From positions 384,001 to 448,000 of the forward strand of contig CAVYCN010000002.1 of assembly GCA_963767005.1 (NCBI GenBank): a stretch of 64,000 nt of DNA, written 5' to 3'. The translations under genes were made by a program, and so were the position numbers. Positions 31,459 through 42,012 of the stretch are shown here, piece after piece. This DNA is from an uncultured Actinomycetes bacterium. Its GTDB lineage: Bacteria > Actinomycetota > Thermoleophilia > UBA2241. The notes below the pieces were generated by a model that searched no databases, was not told the DNA's origin, and saw only the letters and a list, made by a program, of their open reading frames with translations. How positions within the stretch are numbered: the first letter of the stretch is position 1; each line of letters starts with the position of its first letter.

Positions 31459-32336
31459 GCGTGCACCACCAGTCGTCGAAAGCCGTCCTCGAGGGAGACC
31501 TCGGCCCGCCATCCGGGCAGCGGGCTGCCCGCGGGCGGCGTCATGACCTCGCGCGGCCGGTACGGCCGCTCACCCCAGCGCACCGGCACCGGCCGCCCCG
31601 CCGCCGCGCCGTAGGCCGCCACGACCGCACGCAATGTGCGCGCCTCGCCGGTGCTCACGTCGAAGCGCTCGTGGCCGCTGCCGCCGCCGTCGAGCAGCCG
31701 CCGTCCCGCCGTGGCGAAGGCGGCCGTGACGTCATCGACGTGCACGAGATCGAGCAGCTGCTCGCCCGGCGAGAGCGACAGCGGCGTGCCACTGCGCAGC
31801 GCTCCGGCGAGAGCGCTCACGAGCTTGGGGCGCCGGTCGTCGGGGCCGTAGGTGTCGTACAGCCGCAGCGTGATCGCGGCGAAGCCTTCGGCGCTGACGT
31901 AGTAGGTCAGCACGTCCTCGAAGGCCTGCTTGGTGGCCGCATAGAGGCAGACCGGGTCGTAGCCGCCCTGGAGGTCCCGCTGCCACGAGGTGCCGGTGTT
32001 CACGATGAGCCGGCGATCGGTGCGCAGCATGGCTTCGGCGACCCGTGCGCCCGCCAGGACGTTCGACTCGACCAGCGGCGCCACGTCGGCCGCGGCGTGC
32101 TCGGCCACGAACATCGAGGCGAGGTGGAAGACGACGTCGGGCGCGGCCGCGGCCACGGCGGCGACGGCGCCGTCGGTGGAGCCGTCCCACCAGTGATCGT
32201 CGACACCGGCGAGCGGCGTGGCGGACTCGAGCCCTTCGCGCAGCAGGCGGGCGACCCGCCAGCCCTCGGCGGCCAGGCGGGGCACCAGGTGGCCGCCCAC
32301 GAAGCCGGTCGATCCGGTGACGAGGGCACGGCTCAC
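31455..32336 (-). CDS. NAD-dependent sugar 4-ketoreductase/epimerase (RfbJ/AscF-like)
   Basis: TGSTGFVG, NTGTSWQ, YAATK, LYDTYGPDDRRPK. Confidence 0.75.
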   Translation of the reverse strand: MSRALVTGSTGFVGGHLVPRLAAEGWRVARLLREGLESATPLAGVDDHWWDGSTDGAVAAVAAAAPDVVFHLASMFVAEHAAADVAPLVESNVLAGARVAEAMLRTDRRLIVNTGTSWQRDLQGGYDPVCLYAATKQAFEDVLTYYVSAEGFAAITLRLYDTYGPDDRRPKLVSALAGALRSGTPLSLSPGEQLLDLVHVDDVTAAFATAGRRLLDGGGSGHERFDVSTGEARTLRAVVAAYGAAAGRPVPVRWGERPYRPREVMTPPAGSPLPGWRAEVSLEDGFRRLVVHA

Positions 32337-32896
32337 GGCGCCACCTCAGCCTCGGAGCTGAAGACGAACGGCGAATCGAATGCGCTCAGCGCCGGCAGCG
32401 CGGCGTCGCGGTCGGATACGTTGGGCCGTTCGAACGGCCAGACGAAACCGATCGAGTCCCAGCGCACGCCGGCGTCGGTGCCGGCGGCGTGCTCACCGAC
32501 CGTGGCGTAGCTCATCACGCAGCCCTCGGTGAGGGCGGCAAAGCCGTGCGCCACGCCGCCGGCGACGACCAGCGCGTCACCGGGGCCGCGCAGGGCGAGC
32601 GACACGGGACGACCGTAGGCTGGCGAGCCGCGCCGCAGGTCGACGAGCACGTCGAGCGCCTCGCCGGCCACGCAGGCGACGAGCTTCGCGCCGTCGTCAG
32701 GCGGCAGCACGACGTGCATGCCGCGCACGACGCCGGCGTGCGACGAGCTGTGGAAGAGCTCACGGAAGGGCTCCCGAAGCCCGGCGGCGCTGAAGGCGGT
32801 CGCCACGAACGGCTTGGCGAAGCTGCCGCGAGGGTCTTCGTGCACGTCTGCGGCGACCAGCAGGCAGCCCGGCACGTCGAGGGGTGTGAGCTTCAT
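32333..32896 (-). CDS. NDP-4-keto-6-deoxysugar (3,)5-epimerase (RmlC/AscE family)
   Basis: DPRGSF, SHAGVVRGMH, VDLRRGSP, GVAHGF, SDRD. Confidence 0.88.
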   Translation of the reverse strand: MKLTPLDVPGCLLVAADVHEDPRGSFAKPFVATAFSAAGLREPFRELFHSSSHAGVVRGMHVVLPPDDGAKLVACVAGEALDVLVDLRRGSPAYGRPVSLALRGPGDALVVAGGVAHGFAALTEGCVMSYATVGEHAAGTDAGVRWDSIGFVWPFERPNVSDRDAALPALSAFDSPFVFSSEAEVAP

Positions 32897-34185
32897 CGCG
32901 CCGCGCCTCTCCAGGCCCGCAGGCGCAAGGCGCGAGCGACGGGGGCCGTCCTCTCCTGGCGCACGGCGTCGCCGATGGTCAGCACGACGAGCGCGGCCAG
33001 CGCCGCGGCGTAGACGATCACCGAGACCGAGGCGTCGATCGTGCCGAGCGCCGGCAGGTACACGTAGTCGACGGGGATCAGCAGCACGCCGAACAGGGCG
33101 ACGTAGACGAGGTCGTAGCGCGACACGCGGCGCGAGCTCAGGAACATGACGAGCGGAAAGTAGATGAGCGGCGTCGTGTAGTCGGCCGACACGAAGGGCA
33201 GGGTGATCGCCGCGATCACCATGAGCGCGGCCTTGCGCCACGACTCGCTCTCACGGAACGTTGCGTGCACGGCGAGCAGCCCGAAGACCGCGATGACGGC
33301 CAGCACGTAGGCGGTGTGCTGCCAGGGCTCCTCGACGCCGTGCAGCAGCAGGCTCGGTGCGCGCAGCAGGCCCCACAGCGTGTGACTATGCTGCATGCCG
33401 GCGCCAGCGTCGACCTGGATACCCTGATAGGTGCCCTTCTCGGCGTAGGCCTGCTGCCACACGGACATCATCGACCGGCCGGTGAGCAGCGCCAAGGCTC
33501 CGGTCGCGCCGACCGTGAGCGCCACCGCGCCGACCGCCGCCACGATGGCGGCCTTCAGGCGGCGCTCCGCTATGAGCAGCACGATCAGGGTCGCCGGGTA
33601 GACCTTCATGGCGATGGCGGCGGCTAGGCAGAGCCCCGCTCCCCACGCCGACTCGCGCCGGTAGACGAAGTAGAACATGCCGCCGACGAGCAGGAAGATG
33701 ACCATCTCGAGGTTGCCGCGATCGAGCGTGAAGAGCACGGGGTAGGACAGCGCCACCAGGATCACCGCGTACTGCAGCTTGAGCTGCCGGCCGGGCAGCA
33801 CGTCGAAGGCGTGACGCCACAGCAGCGTGACGAGGCCCGACACGTAGGCCAGGGCAAGCAGGGCGAGGCCGACCGACATCGGCAGCAGCGTGGCCCCGGC
33901 CACGAACAGGAAGGCAAGCGGGAAGTACACGAAGGGCGCCGGCTGGCCCTGCAGGAAGTGCGACACGTACCGATACGTGTTGTTCCAGTCGTTGAAATGA
34001 TCGCTCGGCAGGAACAGGAACGTGCTGTAGGGGTAGCCGCGGCCCAGGTAGTAGGCCATCACGTAGTGGAACACGACGGCCGCGGTGGTGCCGGTCAGGA
34101 CGATCGACGCAAGGAGGGCAAGACGGCGGCGCCTAGCGTCGGTCACGCCATCGCCGTCGAACGCTCGCACCGATCGGTCGCCCAC
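32893..34185 (-). CDS. GT87/DUF2029-like GT-C membrane glycosyltransferase
   Basis: Multi-TM, DHFND, VYFP, LDRGN, AMKVYP. Confidence 0.7.
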   Translation of the reverse strand: MGDRSVRAFDGDGVTDARRRRLALLASIVLTGTTAAVVFHYVMAYYLGRGYPYSTFLFLPSDHFNDWNNTYRYVSHFLQGQPAPFVYFPLAFLFVAGATLLPMSVGLALLALAYVSGLVTLLWRHAFDVLPGRQLKLQYAVILVALSYPVLFTLDRGNLEMVIFLLVGGMFYFVYRRESAWGAGLCLAAAIAMKVYPATLIVLLIAERRLKAAIVAAVGAVALTVGATGALALLTGRSMMSVWQQAYAEKGTYQGIQVDAGAGMQHSHTLWGLLRAPSLLLHGVEEPWQHTAYVLAVIAVFGLLAVHATFRESESWRKAALMVIAAITLPFVSADYTTPLIYFPLVMFLSSRRVSRYDLVYVALFGVLLIPVDYVYLPALGTIDASVSVIVYAAALAALVVLTIGDAVRQERTAPVARALRLRAWRGAAR

Positions 34186-34286
34186 TGTTCCCCTTCCCTT
34201 CGCTGTGGCCCCCGAGAGGCGCCATCCGGCGGGTGTGCGGCGGCGCTGGGGGCACGCCACGGGCAGCCCAGCTCCGCTCCCCCCAT

Positions 34287-34313
34287 CTATCGGCGATATC
34301 CGGCGAAGGTTTA
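34287..34313 (-). promoter_or_regulatory. sigma28/WhiG-type promoter of the GT87-epimerase-reductase-gtrB-GT2 operon
   Basis: TAAA-15 nt-GCCGATAG, immediately downstream of a terminator. Confidence 0.75.
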
Positions 34314-34327
34314 CGAAGCGGGCAACG

Positions 34328-34352
34328 AAAAACGACCGGCCGGGGCCGGTCG
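34328..34352 (-). terminator. Intrinsic terminator after XRE gene
   Basis: CGACCGGC-cccg-GCCGGTCG-TTTTT on -. Confidence 0.7.
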
Positions 34353-34383
34353 CGGAGGGCGGAAGGGCGCTCTCGCCGTCGCG

Positions 34384-34788
34384 TCAGACGGCCAGGATCT
34401 GCGAGCGTTCGCCGTTCGTGTGGCCGTTACCGGAGCGCTCCAGCATGGCCTTCATCTCGTCGGACAGCGGCGTGTGCAGCAGCAGCACGCTGTAGAGAGC
34501 GTCGATCAGGTGCGTGGAGGCGTCGAGCACGTCGGCCACCTGGCGCAGGCGGAACTCGAGGAAGAAGTCGGGCTCGACGCAGAGTGCCGTCGCGATGATG
34601 CGGATGACCGGGTCGGCGGGCACCGGACGGGTGCCCTTGGTGAGATGGTTGAGGTAGCCGGCCGAAAGCTGGGTCTTGTAGGCGAGCTGCCGGTAGCTCA
34701 GGTGGCGCTCCTCCATGAGGCCCTTGAGAGCAGCCTGGAAGCGCTCGCGAGAGTAACGCGGCCGGTTCGGTTTGAGCATGGTCTGCAT
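34384..34788 (-). CDS. XRE-family HTH regulator
   Basis: LSYRQLAYKTQLSAGYLNHLTKGTR.P...IATALCVEP. Confidence 0.85.
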   Translation of the reverse strand: MQTMLKPNRPRYSRERFQAALKGLMEERHLSYRQLAYKTQLSAGYLNHLTKGTRPVPADPVIRIIATALCVEPDFFLEFRLRQVADVLDASTHLIDALYSVLLLHTPLSDEMKAMLERSGNGHTNGERSQILAV

Positions 34789-34799
34789 ATCGCTAGACG

Positions 34800-34827
34800 T
34801 TATCGCCCAAAGCCGCCAACAACTTGA
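34800..34827 (-). promoter_or_regulatory. sigma28/WhiG-type promoter of XRE gene
   Basis: TCAAG-15 nt-GGCGATAA. Confidence 0.55.
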
Positions 34828-34907
34828 GGGGACTGCAGGCCTTTTGTCGCCCGTTCAGACAACGCGCGAGCCTGAGCCGCGGCCGGCCGCGGGGGCGCGA
34901 CGGCGCG

Positions 34908-36602
34908 CTACGAGGCGGCGAGCGCCGCGCGGACGGCGTCGACGAGGTCGGCCACGGGCACGTCGCGACGCTCGCCGCCGGCCCGCTGCTTGAGCTCGGC
35001 CACTCGCTCAGCGGCCCGCTTGCCGACGACCACTTGGAGGGGGCAGCCCAGCAGGTCGGCGTCGTTGAACTTGACGCCGGCCGACACGTCGCGGTCGTCG
35101 AGCAGCACTTCGACGCCGCGCGCCTGGAGCTCGGCGTGGATCTCGTCGGCGAGCGCCGCCTGGACGGCGTCGGCCGGCCGCACGACGACGACATGTACGG
35201 TAAACGGCGCGAGCGCCGCCGGCCAGACGATGCCGTGGTCGTCGTGGTGCTGCTCGACCGCGGCCGCGGCGATGCGGGCCACGCCGATGCCGTAGCTGCC
35301 CATGATGATCGGCTGCTCCTCGCCCTGCTCGTCGAGGTAGGTCGCGCCCATCGGCAGCGAGTACTTGGTGCCGAGCTGGAAGATGTTCGCGACCTCGATG
35401 ACCCGCTCGCCACGCAGCGGCGTGCGGCACTCCGGGCAGCGGTCGCCGGCGTGCACGACGCGCAGGTCGTGGTAGTCGCCGACGATCTCATCGGCGGCGA
35501 TGCCGCTGAGATGGTGATCGGGCTTGTTGGCGCCGCCGGTGAAGATGCCGCCGCGCAGCGCCTCGTCGGCGACGATCGGCAGCGGGCTGCCGACCGGACC
35601 GACGAAGCCCGGCTCAACGCCCTGGGCGGCCAGTACCTCGTCGGCGGTCGCCAGGCGGAACTCGCCGATCACGCGGCGCAGCTTGCCCTCGTGCAGGTCG
35701 TGGTCGCCGCGCACGAGCGCGAGCACGGGACCGCGCTCCTCGCTCACCACGACGAGCGACTTGACGAGGTCGCGCGGCTCGATGCCCAGGAAGGCCGAGA
35801 CCTGGGCGATGGTGCGCTGGCCGGGTGTGGCCACCTCGCGGCCGCCCTCGCCGACCCCGCCGGCGGGCGGCGGGGCGTCGTCGGGCGCGGCGACGGCGAG
35901 CTCGACGTTGGCGGCATAACCGCAGCTCTCGCAGAACACGATCTCGTCCTCGCCGGCCTCACTCGGTGCCATGTACTCGTGGGCGATGGCGCCGCCCATC
36001 ATGCCCGGGTCGGACAGCACGAGGCGTACGGTCAGGCCGCAGCGCGCGAAGATGCGGTCGTAGGCGCCGATGTGCTTCTCGTAGCTCACCTGCAGCGCGT
36101 CGAAGTCGGTGTCGAGGCTGTAGGAGTCCTTCATGATGAATTCGCGCACGCGCAGGAGGCCGCTCTTGGGGCGCGCCTCGTCGCGCTCCTTGATCTGCAG
36201 ATGGAACCAGAGCTGCGGCAACTGGCGGTACGAGTGGACCTCGTGGGCAGCGAGCCAGGTCACGACCTCTTCATGGGTCATGGCGAGGACCATGTCGGTG
36301 CCCTTGCGGTCCTTGAACCGGAAGAGCTCGTCGCCGATCGACTGCCATCGGCCCGACTGCTGCCAGATCTCAGCGGGGTTCACGACCGGGTAGAGCATCT
36401 CCTGACAGCCGATCGCCTCCATCTCCTCGCGCACGATGGCCTCGATCCTGCGCATGACGCGCCAGCCGGCCGGCAGGAAGATGTAGATGCCCGCCGCGAG
36501 CTGGCGGATGAGGCCGGCGCGGACCATGAGCTTGTGGCTCGCCGCCTCGGCGCCGGCGGGGTCTTCTTTGACGGTCGGAAGCAGCAACTGGCTGGCGCGC
36601 AA
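34908..36602 (-). CDS. proS: Proline--tRNA ligase (with INS editing domain)
   Basis: SHKLMVRAG, THEE, ERDEARP..GLLRVREF, IFQLGTKYS, GSYGIG; AGGAG before TTG. Confidence 0.97.
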   Translation of the reverse strand: MRASQLLLPTVKEDPAGAEAASHKLMVRAGLIRQLAAGIYIFLPAGWRVMRRIEAIVREEMEAIGCQEMLYPVVNPAEIWQQSGRWQSIGDELFRFKDRKGTDMVLAMTHEEVVTWLAAHEVHSYRQLPQLWFHLQIKERDEARPKSGLLRVREFIMKDSYSLDTDFDALQVSYEKHIGAYDRIFARCGLTVRLVLSDPGMMGGAIAHEYMAPSEAGEDEIVFCESCGYAANVELAVAAPDDAPPPAGGVGEGGREVATPGQRTIAQVSAFLGIEPRDLVKSLVVVSEERGPVLALVRGDHDLHEGKLRRVIGEFRLATADEVLAAQGVEPGFVGPVGSPLPIVADEALRGGIFTGGANKPDHHLSGIAADEIVGDYHDLRVVHAGDRCPECRTPLRGERVIEVANIFQLGTKYSLPMGATYLDEQGEEQPIIMGSYGIGVARIAAAAVEQHHDDHGIVWPAALAPFTVHVVVVRPADAVQAALADEIHAELQARGVEVLLDDRDVSAGVKFNDADLLGCPLQVVVGKRAAERVAELKQRAGGERRDVPVADLVDAVRAALAAS

Positions 36603-36840
36603 GCGGGACTCCTGACGTGTCGTTCGGGCGGGGCCGGGGCGCTGCCGCCGGCCCCCCTGACGTGGCCCCCGGCGGGGCGACCGGCGCGGGGCGACGGCTG
36701 TCATGATACGGCACCCGTGGCGCGAGCCGCAATCGTGGGGCCGGCTTGCGCCAGCCCCGTTGCGGAGGCTCGCGCCGCCTCCATATACTCGCCCTGACCC
36801 CGGGCGCCGTTCCGGTCCGGGAGCGGCGAAAGGAGCGGTC

Positions 36841-37800
<960 letters not shown>

Positions 37801-37806
37801 CCCGAG

Positions 37807-39969
37807 GTGAGCTCCCGCAAGCGGCGCGCCCCCGCGCGGACCGGCCGGCGGCCGCCGGCCCCGCGCGCGGCCCCGCCCCCCGCCGACCGCCCCACCGCGG
37901 CGCCGCCGCCCCGGCCGGCCACCGCCGCGGGTGCACCGGCAGCCGCACCGGCCGCCCGCTTCATGCCCGCGGCCACCCTGGCGGTCACCTTCGCCGGCGC
38001 GCTCATCCTGTTCGCCCTGACGCTCGCGCCCACCATCACCTTTGAGGACGCCGGCGAGCTGATCGCCGCGGCCTCGTCGCTGGGCGTCCCCCACGAGCCG
38101 GGCTACCCGCTCTGGACCCTGGTCGCCCACGCCTTCACCTGGCTGCCGATCGGCAACGTCGCGCTCCGCTGCAACCTCATGTCGGCCGTCTTTACCGCCC
38201 TGGCGGCGGCGCTCGTCGCGTGGGCGACGATGCTCATCGTCGACGACTGCCGGGGCGGCGGGGCCGGCGGCCGGCCGGGCAGCGCACGACGGTCCGGCTC
38301 CGCCGCCCCGGGCCGGGCCCAGGCCGACTTGGCCGCGGCCTCCCCGTGGTGGCCGGCGACCGGCGCCGGCAGCCTGCTCCCGTGTGCCGCCGGACTGGCG
38401 GCCGGCCTGCTGGCGGCCACCGCCGCCACCACCTGGAGCCAGGCGATCATCACCGAGGTCTACGGCCTGAACGCCGCGCTTGTCGGCCTCCTCCTCGTGC
38501 TCACGCTGGTCTGGGGCCGGGCGCCGACGGCGCGCCTGCGGGGCCGGCTGTTCCTTGCGATCTGCCTCGTGATGGGGCTCGGCCTGACGGCCCACGACAC
38601 GTTCATCGTCTTTCTGCCGGTCGTCGCCCTCTACGGCCTCGTCCTCGAACGCCGTCTGCGACCCTCGTGGGGGCGCCTCGCGGCCGGCGCCGGCATGTAC
38701 TTCCTCGGCCTTGCTCCGTACCTGTACCTGCCGCTCGCCGCCGCCCGCTCACCGCTGATGGACTGGGGCGATCCCCGCTCCTGGACGACCTTCTGGCGGG
38801 TGGTCACGCGGCGGCAGTACGTGACCGGCGGCCACTCCGGCCCGCGCGCCACGCTCGCCGAGCTCGGCACGAGCGTGTCGCTGCTCGTCCACCAGTGGCT
38901 GCCCTTGCTGCTCGTGCTGGCCGCCGTCGGCCTCGCCGTCCTCTTCACGCGGCGCCGGCCCCTGTTCTGGCTGGCCGTCGCCCTGGTGGTCGCCACCTGG
39001 CCGGTAGTGACCCTCGTCACCGACTTCCCCACAAACACGGCCACAGCCTCGCTGAACGCCGACGACCGCGCCCTCGTGTCCGTCTTCTACATCCCCTCGT
39101 ACCTCGTGCTCGCCCTGCTCATGGGGCTCGGTGCCTGGTGGCTCGCGGCGCGGGTGCTGACGTGGCGCGCCGCGCAGCGGTCGGCGGGTGCGCCCGCGCT
39201 CGCCGGCGTCCTGGCGGCCATTCTCGTGGCCGTGCCGCTCGGCCTCGGCGCGGCCCGCGCGCCGAGCCTCACCATGCATCGCTACCGCTTCGCCGACGCC
39301 TACATCCACAACGTGCTGCTCCTCGCCGCGCCGCACTCCCTGATCATGGTCGACCGCGACCAGTTCGGCTTTCCACTCGACTACGCCCAGGACGTCGACG
39401 GCCTACGGCCCGACGTCGTGGTCCTCGACCAGGAGCTGCTGCGCCGGAGCTGGTACCTGCACGACCTGCAGCGCCGCTACCCCGCGCTGATCGCCGGCTC
39501 ACGCACCCAGGTCCAGGCGTTCCTGACGGCGGTCGCGCCGTTCGAGGCGGGCCGGCCGTACGACGGCAGCGCGATCGACACCGCCTACTACGCGATGATC
39601 GCCTCGCTCGTGCGTCAGTACGCCGCTGCCGGGCGCAGCGTCTATTTCACGTATGGTCCCGACGCGCGCATCGTGAGCGGGTTCTACGGCGAGCCGCTCG
39701 CCGTCGTGCTGGGGGCGCGTACCACAGGGCCGGGCAAGACCGAGGCCGCGCTGCAGCGCTGGCTCACGCCGGTCGACCTCGGCCGCTACGACTTCGCCCA
39801 CCTGACCGACGGCACCGTGCCGCTCGACCGCAACGTGCTCATGATCCGCACCTGGTACGGCGAGGTCCTCTCCAGGCGCGCCGAGCTGCTCGCCGAGGCG
39901 GGCAGTGCGAGCCAGGCCGCCGCCTTTGCCGCGCTCGCCACGAAGTTCGGGGCAAAGAGCGGCAACTAG
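37807..39969 (+). CDS. DUF2723 / TMEM260-family GT-C membrane protein
   Basis: TLAPTITFEDAGELIAA..LGVPHEPGYPLW, WSQAIITEVY, YLYLPL...DWGDP. Confidence 0.82.
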   Translation: MSSRKRRAPARTGRRPPAPRAAPPPADRPTAAPPPRPATAAGAPAAAPAARFMPAATLAVTFAGALILFALTLAPTITFEDAGELIAAASSLGVPHEPGYPLWTLVAHAFTWLPIGNVALRCNLMSAVFTALAAALVAWATMLIVDDCRGGGAGGRPGSARRSGSAAPGRAQADLAAASPWWPATGAGSLLPCAAGLAAGLLAATAATTWSQAIITEVYGLNAALVGLLLVLTLVWGRAPTARLRGRLFLAICLVMGLGLTAHDTFIVFLPVVALYGLVLERRLRPSWGRLAAGAGMYFLGLAPYLYLPLAAARSPLMDWGDPRSWTTFWRVVTRRQYVTGGHSGPRATLAELGTSVSLLVHQWLPLLLVLAAVGLAVLFTRRRPLFWLAVALVVATWPVVTLVTDFPTNTATASLNADDRALVSVFYIPSYLVLALLMGLGAWWLAARVLTWRAAQRSAGAPALAGVLAAILVAVPLGLGAARAPSLTMHRYRFADAYIHNVLLLAAPHSLIMVDRDQFGFPLDYAQDVDGLRPDVVVLDQELLRRSWYLHDLQRRYPALIAGSRTQVQAFLTAVAPFEAGRPYDGSAIDTAYYAMIASLVRQYAAAGRSVYFTYGPDARIVSGFYGEPLAVVLGARTTGPGKTEAALQRWLTPVDLGRYDFAHLTDGTVPLDRNVLMIRTWYGEVLSRRAELLAEAGSASQAAAFAALATKFGAKSGN

Positions 39970-40014
39970 GTCGCGCGCGACGACGGGTCCGCCGATCGAG
40001 CCCGTCGCTGAGGC

Positions 40015-41181
40015 TCAGCCGGGTGCGAGTTCGTCGCGCGCTTCGCTACCGCCGTCGAGCTCGGCGTCGATGAGCGCGAAGAGCGCCCCGACGAGATCGG
40101 CCTCGGGCACCGTGGCGACCTTCTCACCGTGCGCGAAGACGATCCCCTCTCCCCTGCCGGCCGCGATCCCGAAGTCGGCGTGGCGCGCCTCTTCGGGGCC
40201 GTTCACGCGGCAGCCCATCACCGCCACGCTGATCGGCGCCCGGTAGGCGGCCAGACGCGCCTCGACGGCCTCGGCCAGGCCGACCAGGTCGACCTCGGTG
40301 CGCGCGCAGGTCGGGCACGAGATGAGGTTGGGGCCGCGACGGCGCAGCTCGAGCGCGGCGAGGATCGCCCAGGCGACCCGCACCTCCTCGACCGGGTCGC
40401 CCGTGAGCGACACGCGCAGCGTGTCGCCGATGCCCTCGGCCAGCAGAGCGCCGATGCCGACCGCGCTCTTGATCGTGCCGGCCCACGGCGTGCCGGCCTC
40501 GGTCACGCCGACGTGCAGGGGAGCGTCGGTGCGCGCCGCCAGAGCCCGGTAGGCGGCGATGGTGTCGGGCACGCTGGAGCTCTTCACCGACAGCTTGAAC
40601 TCCGTGAAGCCCCACGACTCGCAGCGCTCGGCGTGGCGCACAGCGGCTTCGACCAGGGCCTCGACCGGCTTCGTGACGGCCAGCGCGCGCAGGTCGCGCG
40701 GCAGCGAGCCGGAGTTCACGCCGATGCGTACGGCCGCGCCGTGCTCCGCGGCGGCCCGCACGATGGCACGCACATGCGCGTCACTACCGATCGTGCCGGG
40801 GTTGATGCGCACGGCGGCGGCGCCGTGCTCGAGCGCCGCCAGCGCAAGACGCCAATCAAAATGGATGTCGGCGACGATCGGCACCGGCGCATGCCGCACG
40901 ATGCGGGCGAAGGCCTCGACATCGGCGGCGGCCGGCAGCGACACGCGCACGAGCTCGCTGCCGGCCGCCGCCAGCGCGCCGACCTGGGCGAGGGTCGCCG
41001 CGGCGTCACCGGTCGGCGTGTTCGTCATCGACTGCACGGCGACCGGGGCGCCGCCGCCCACCGGCACACCGCCCACGCTGATCTGTCGCCTGCTGGGCAC
41101 GCCGGGGCCTAACGCCGCGCGCCGCCGGCCGGCGGCCTGTCGGTCAAAGGGAACGTTGCCATCACGGTCGGAGGATACCAC
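40015..41181 (-). CDS. ispG: 4-hydroxy-3-methylbut-2-en-1-yl diphosphate synthase
   Basis: VQSMTNT, ADIHF, RINPG, GVTEAG, GIGDTLRVSL, SCPTC, VMGC.VNGPEEA. Confidence 0.96.
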   Translation of the reverse strand: MVSSDRDGNVPFDRQAAGRRRAALGPGVPSRRQISVGGVPVGGGAPVAVQSMTNTPTGDAAATLAQVGALAAAGSELVRVSLPAAADVEAFARIVRHAPVPIVADIHFDWRLALAALEHGAAAVRINPGTIGSDAHVRAIVRAAAEHGAAVRIGVNSGSLPRDLRALAVTKPVEALVEAAVRHAERCESWGFTEFKLSVKSSSVPDTIAAYRALAARTDAPLHVGVTEAGTPWAGTIKSAVGIGALLAEGIGDTLRVSLTGDPVEEVRVAWAILAALELRRRGPNLISCPTCARTEVDLVGLAEAVEARLAAYRAPISVAVMGCRVNGPEEARHADFGIAAGRGEGIVFAHGEKVATVPEADLVGALFALIDAELDGGSEARDELAPG

Positions 41182-41198
41182 CCGACCGCACTCGCGCC

Positions 41199-41948
41199 TC
41201 AGCCCGAAGCGAGCGCCTCGAGGGCGGCCGGCACGTCGGAGAGGCGAGCCACGACGGCGTCCGCGCCGCCGCGCGGCGCCCCCTCGGCGGCGATCAGGAT
41301 CGCGCGGCAACCGGCGGCACGAGCCATGGCCACGTCGCTTGCCGTGCTGTCACCGACCACGACGATCTCGGCCGGTCTCAGGCCATGGTCGCGCTCCACG
41401 CATTCGAGCAGGTACGTGCCGGGCTTGCCGGCGCAGAAGTCCCAGGAGCGCCCGAGACGCGCGACGACCCTGTCGATCGTCTCACGCGCCGCGGGCCGGC
41501 GCTCGCCGTCACCGACCGGGTAGTCGGTGTCTAGGTTGGCGGCGATGAACTCGGCGCCGGGTGCGAGATCGAGCGGCAGCGACGCGGCGTCGAACTGCGG
41601 CGCGAAACCGACGACGAGCGCCTGGGCGCGGACCGGGTCGGCCGTCACGGCGACTCCATGGGCGCGCAGCTCGTCGCCCAGACCGGGCAGCCCCACGACG
41701 TAGACCTCGGTGTAGCCGCGCTCGACCGCATAACGCGCGACCGCCACGGCCGACGAGTAGATCTCGGCCCGCGCTGCCGCGATGCCCATCGCGGCGAGGC
41801 GCTCGCACAGCCCGCGGGCACCGACGGCGGAGGCGTTGGTGACGAACAGCGTCGCCAGGTCGCGGGCGCGCACCGCGGCGACGACCTCGGGGGCTCCGGG
41901 CACCACCCGACTGCCGACATACAGCGTGCCGTCGAGGTCGAAGGCCAC
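41199..41948 (-). CDS. HAD-IIA (NagD-like) phosphatase; true start possibly upstream
   Basis: FDLDGTL, VTN, GKP, VVGDS..SD. Confidence 0.85.
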   Translation of the reverse strand: MAFDLDGTLYVGSRVVPGAPEVVAAVRARDLATLFVTNASAVGARGLCERLAAMGIAAARAEIYSSAVAVARYAVERGYTEVYVVGLPGLGDELRAHGVAVTADPVRAQALVVGFAPQFDAASLPLDLAPGAEFIAANLDTDYPVGDGERRPAARETIDRVVARLGRSWDFCAGKPGTYLLECVERDHGLRPAEIVVVGDSTASDVAMARAAGCRAILIAAEGAPRGGADAVVARLSDVPAALEALASG

Positions 41949-42012
41949 CGCCCTGACCGGATCGGTGACGGGCGCCGTCGCCGGCGCCGCCGACGAGCCG
42001 CCGCGGCCGGCC

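Noticed and set aside
28373-36602. Island integrated at tRNA-Pro
   Set aside because: No integrase and no duplicated tRNA 3' end found
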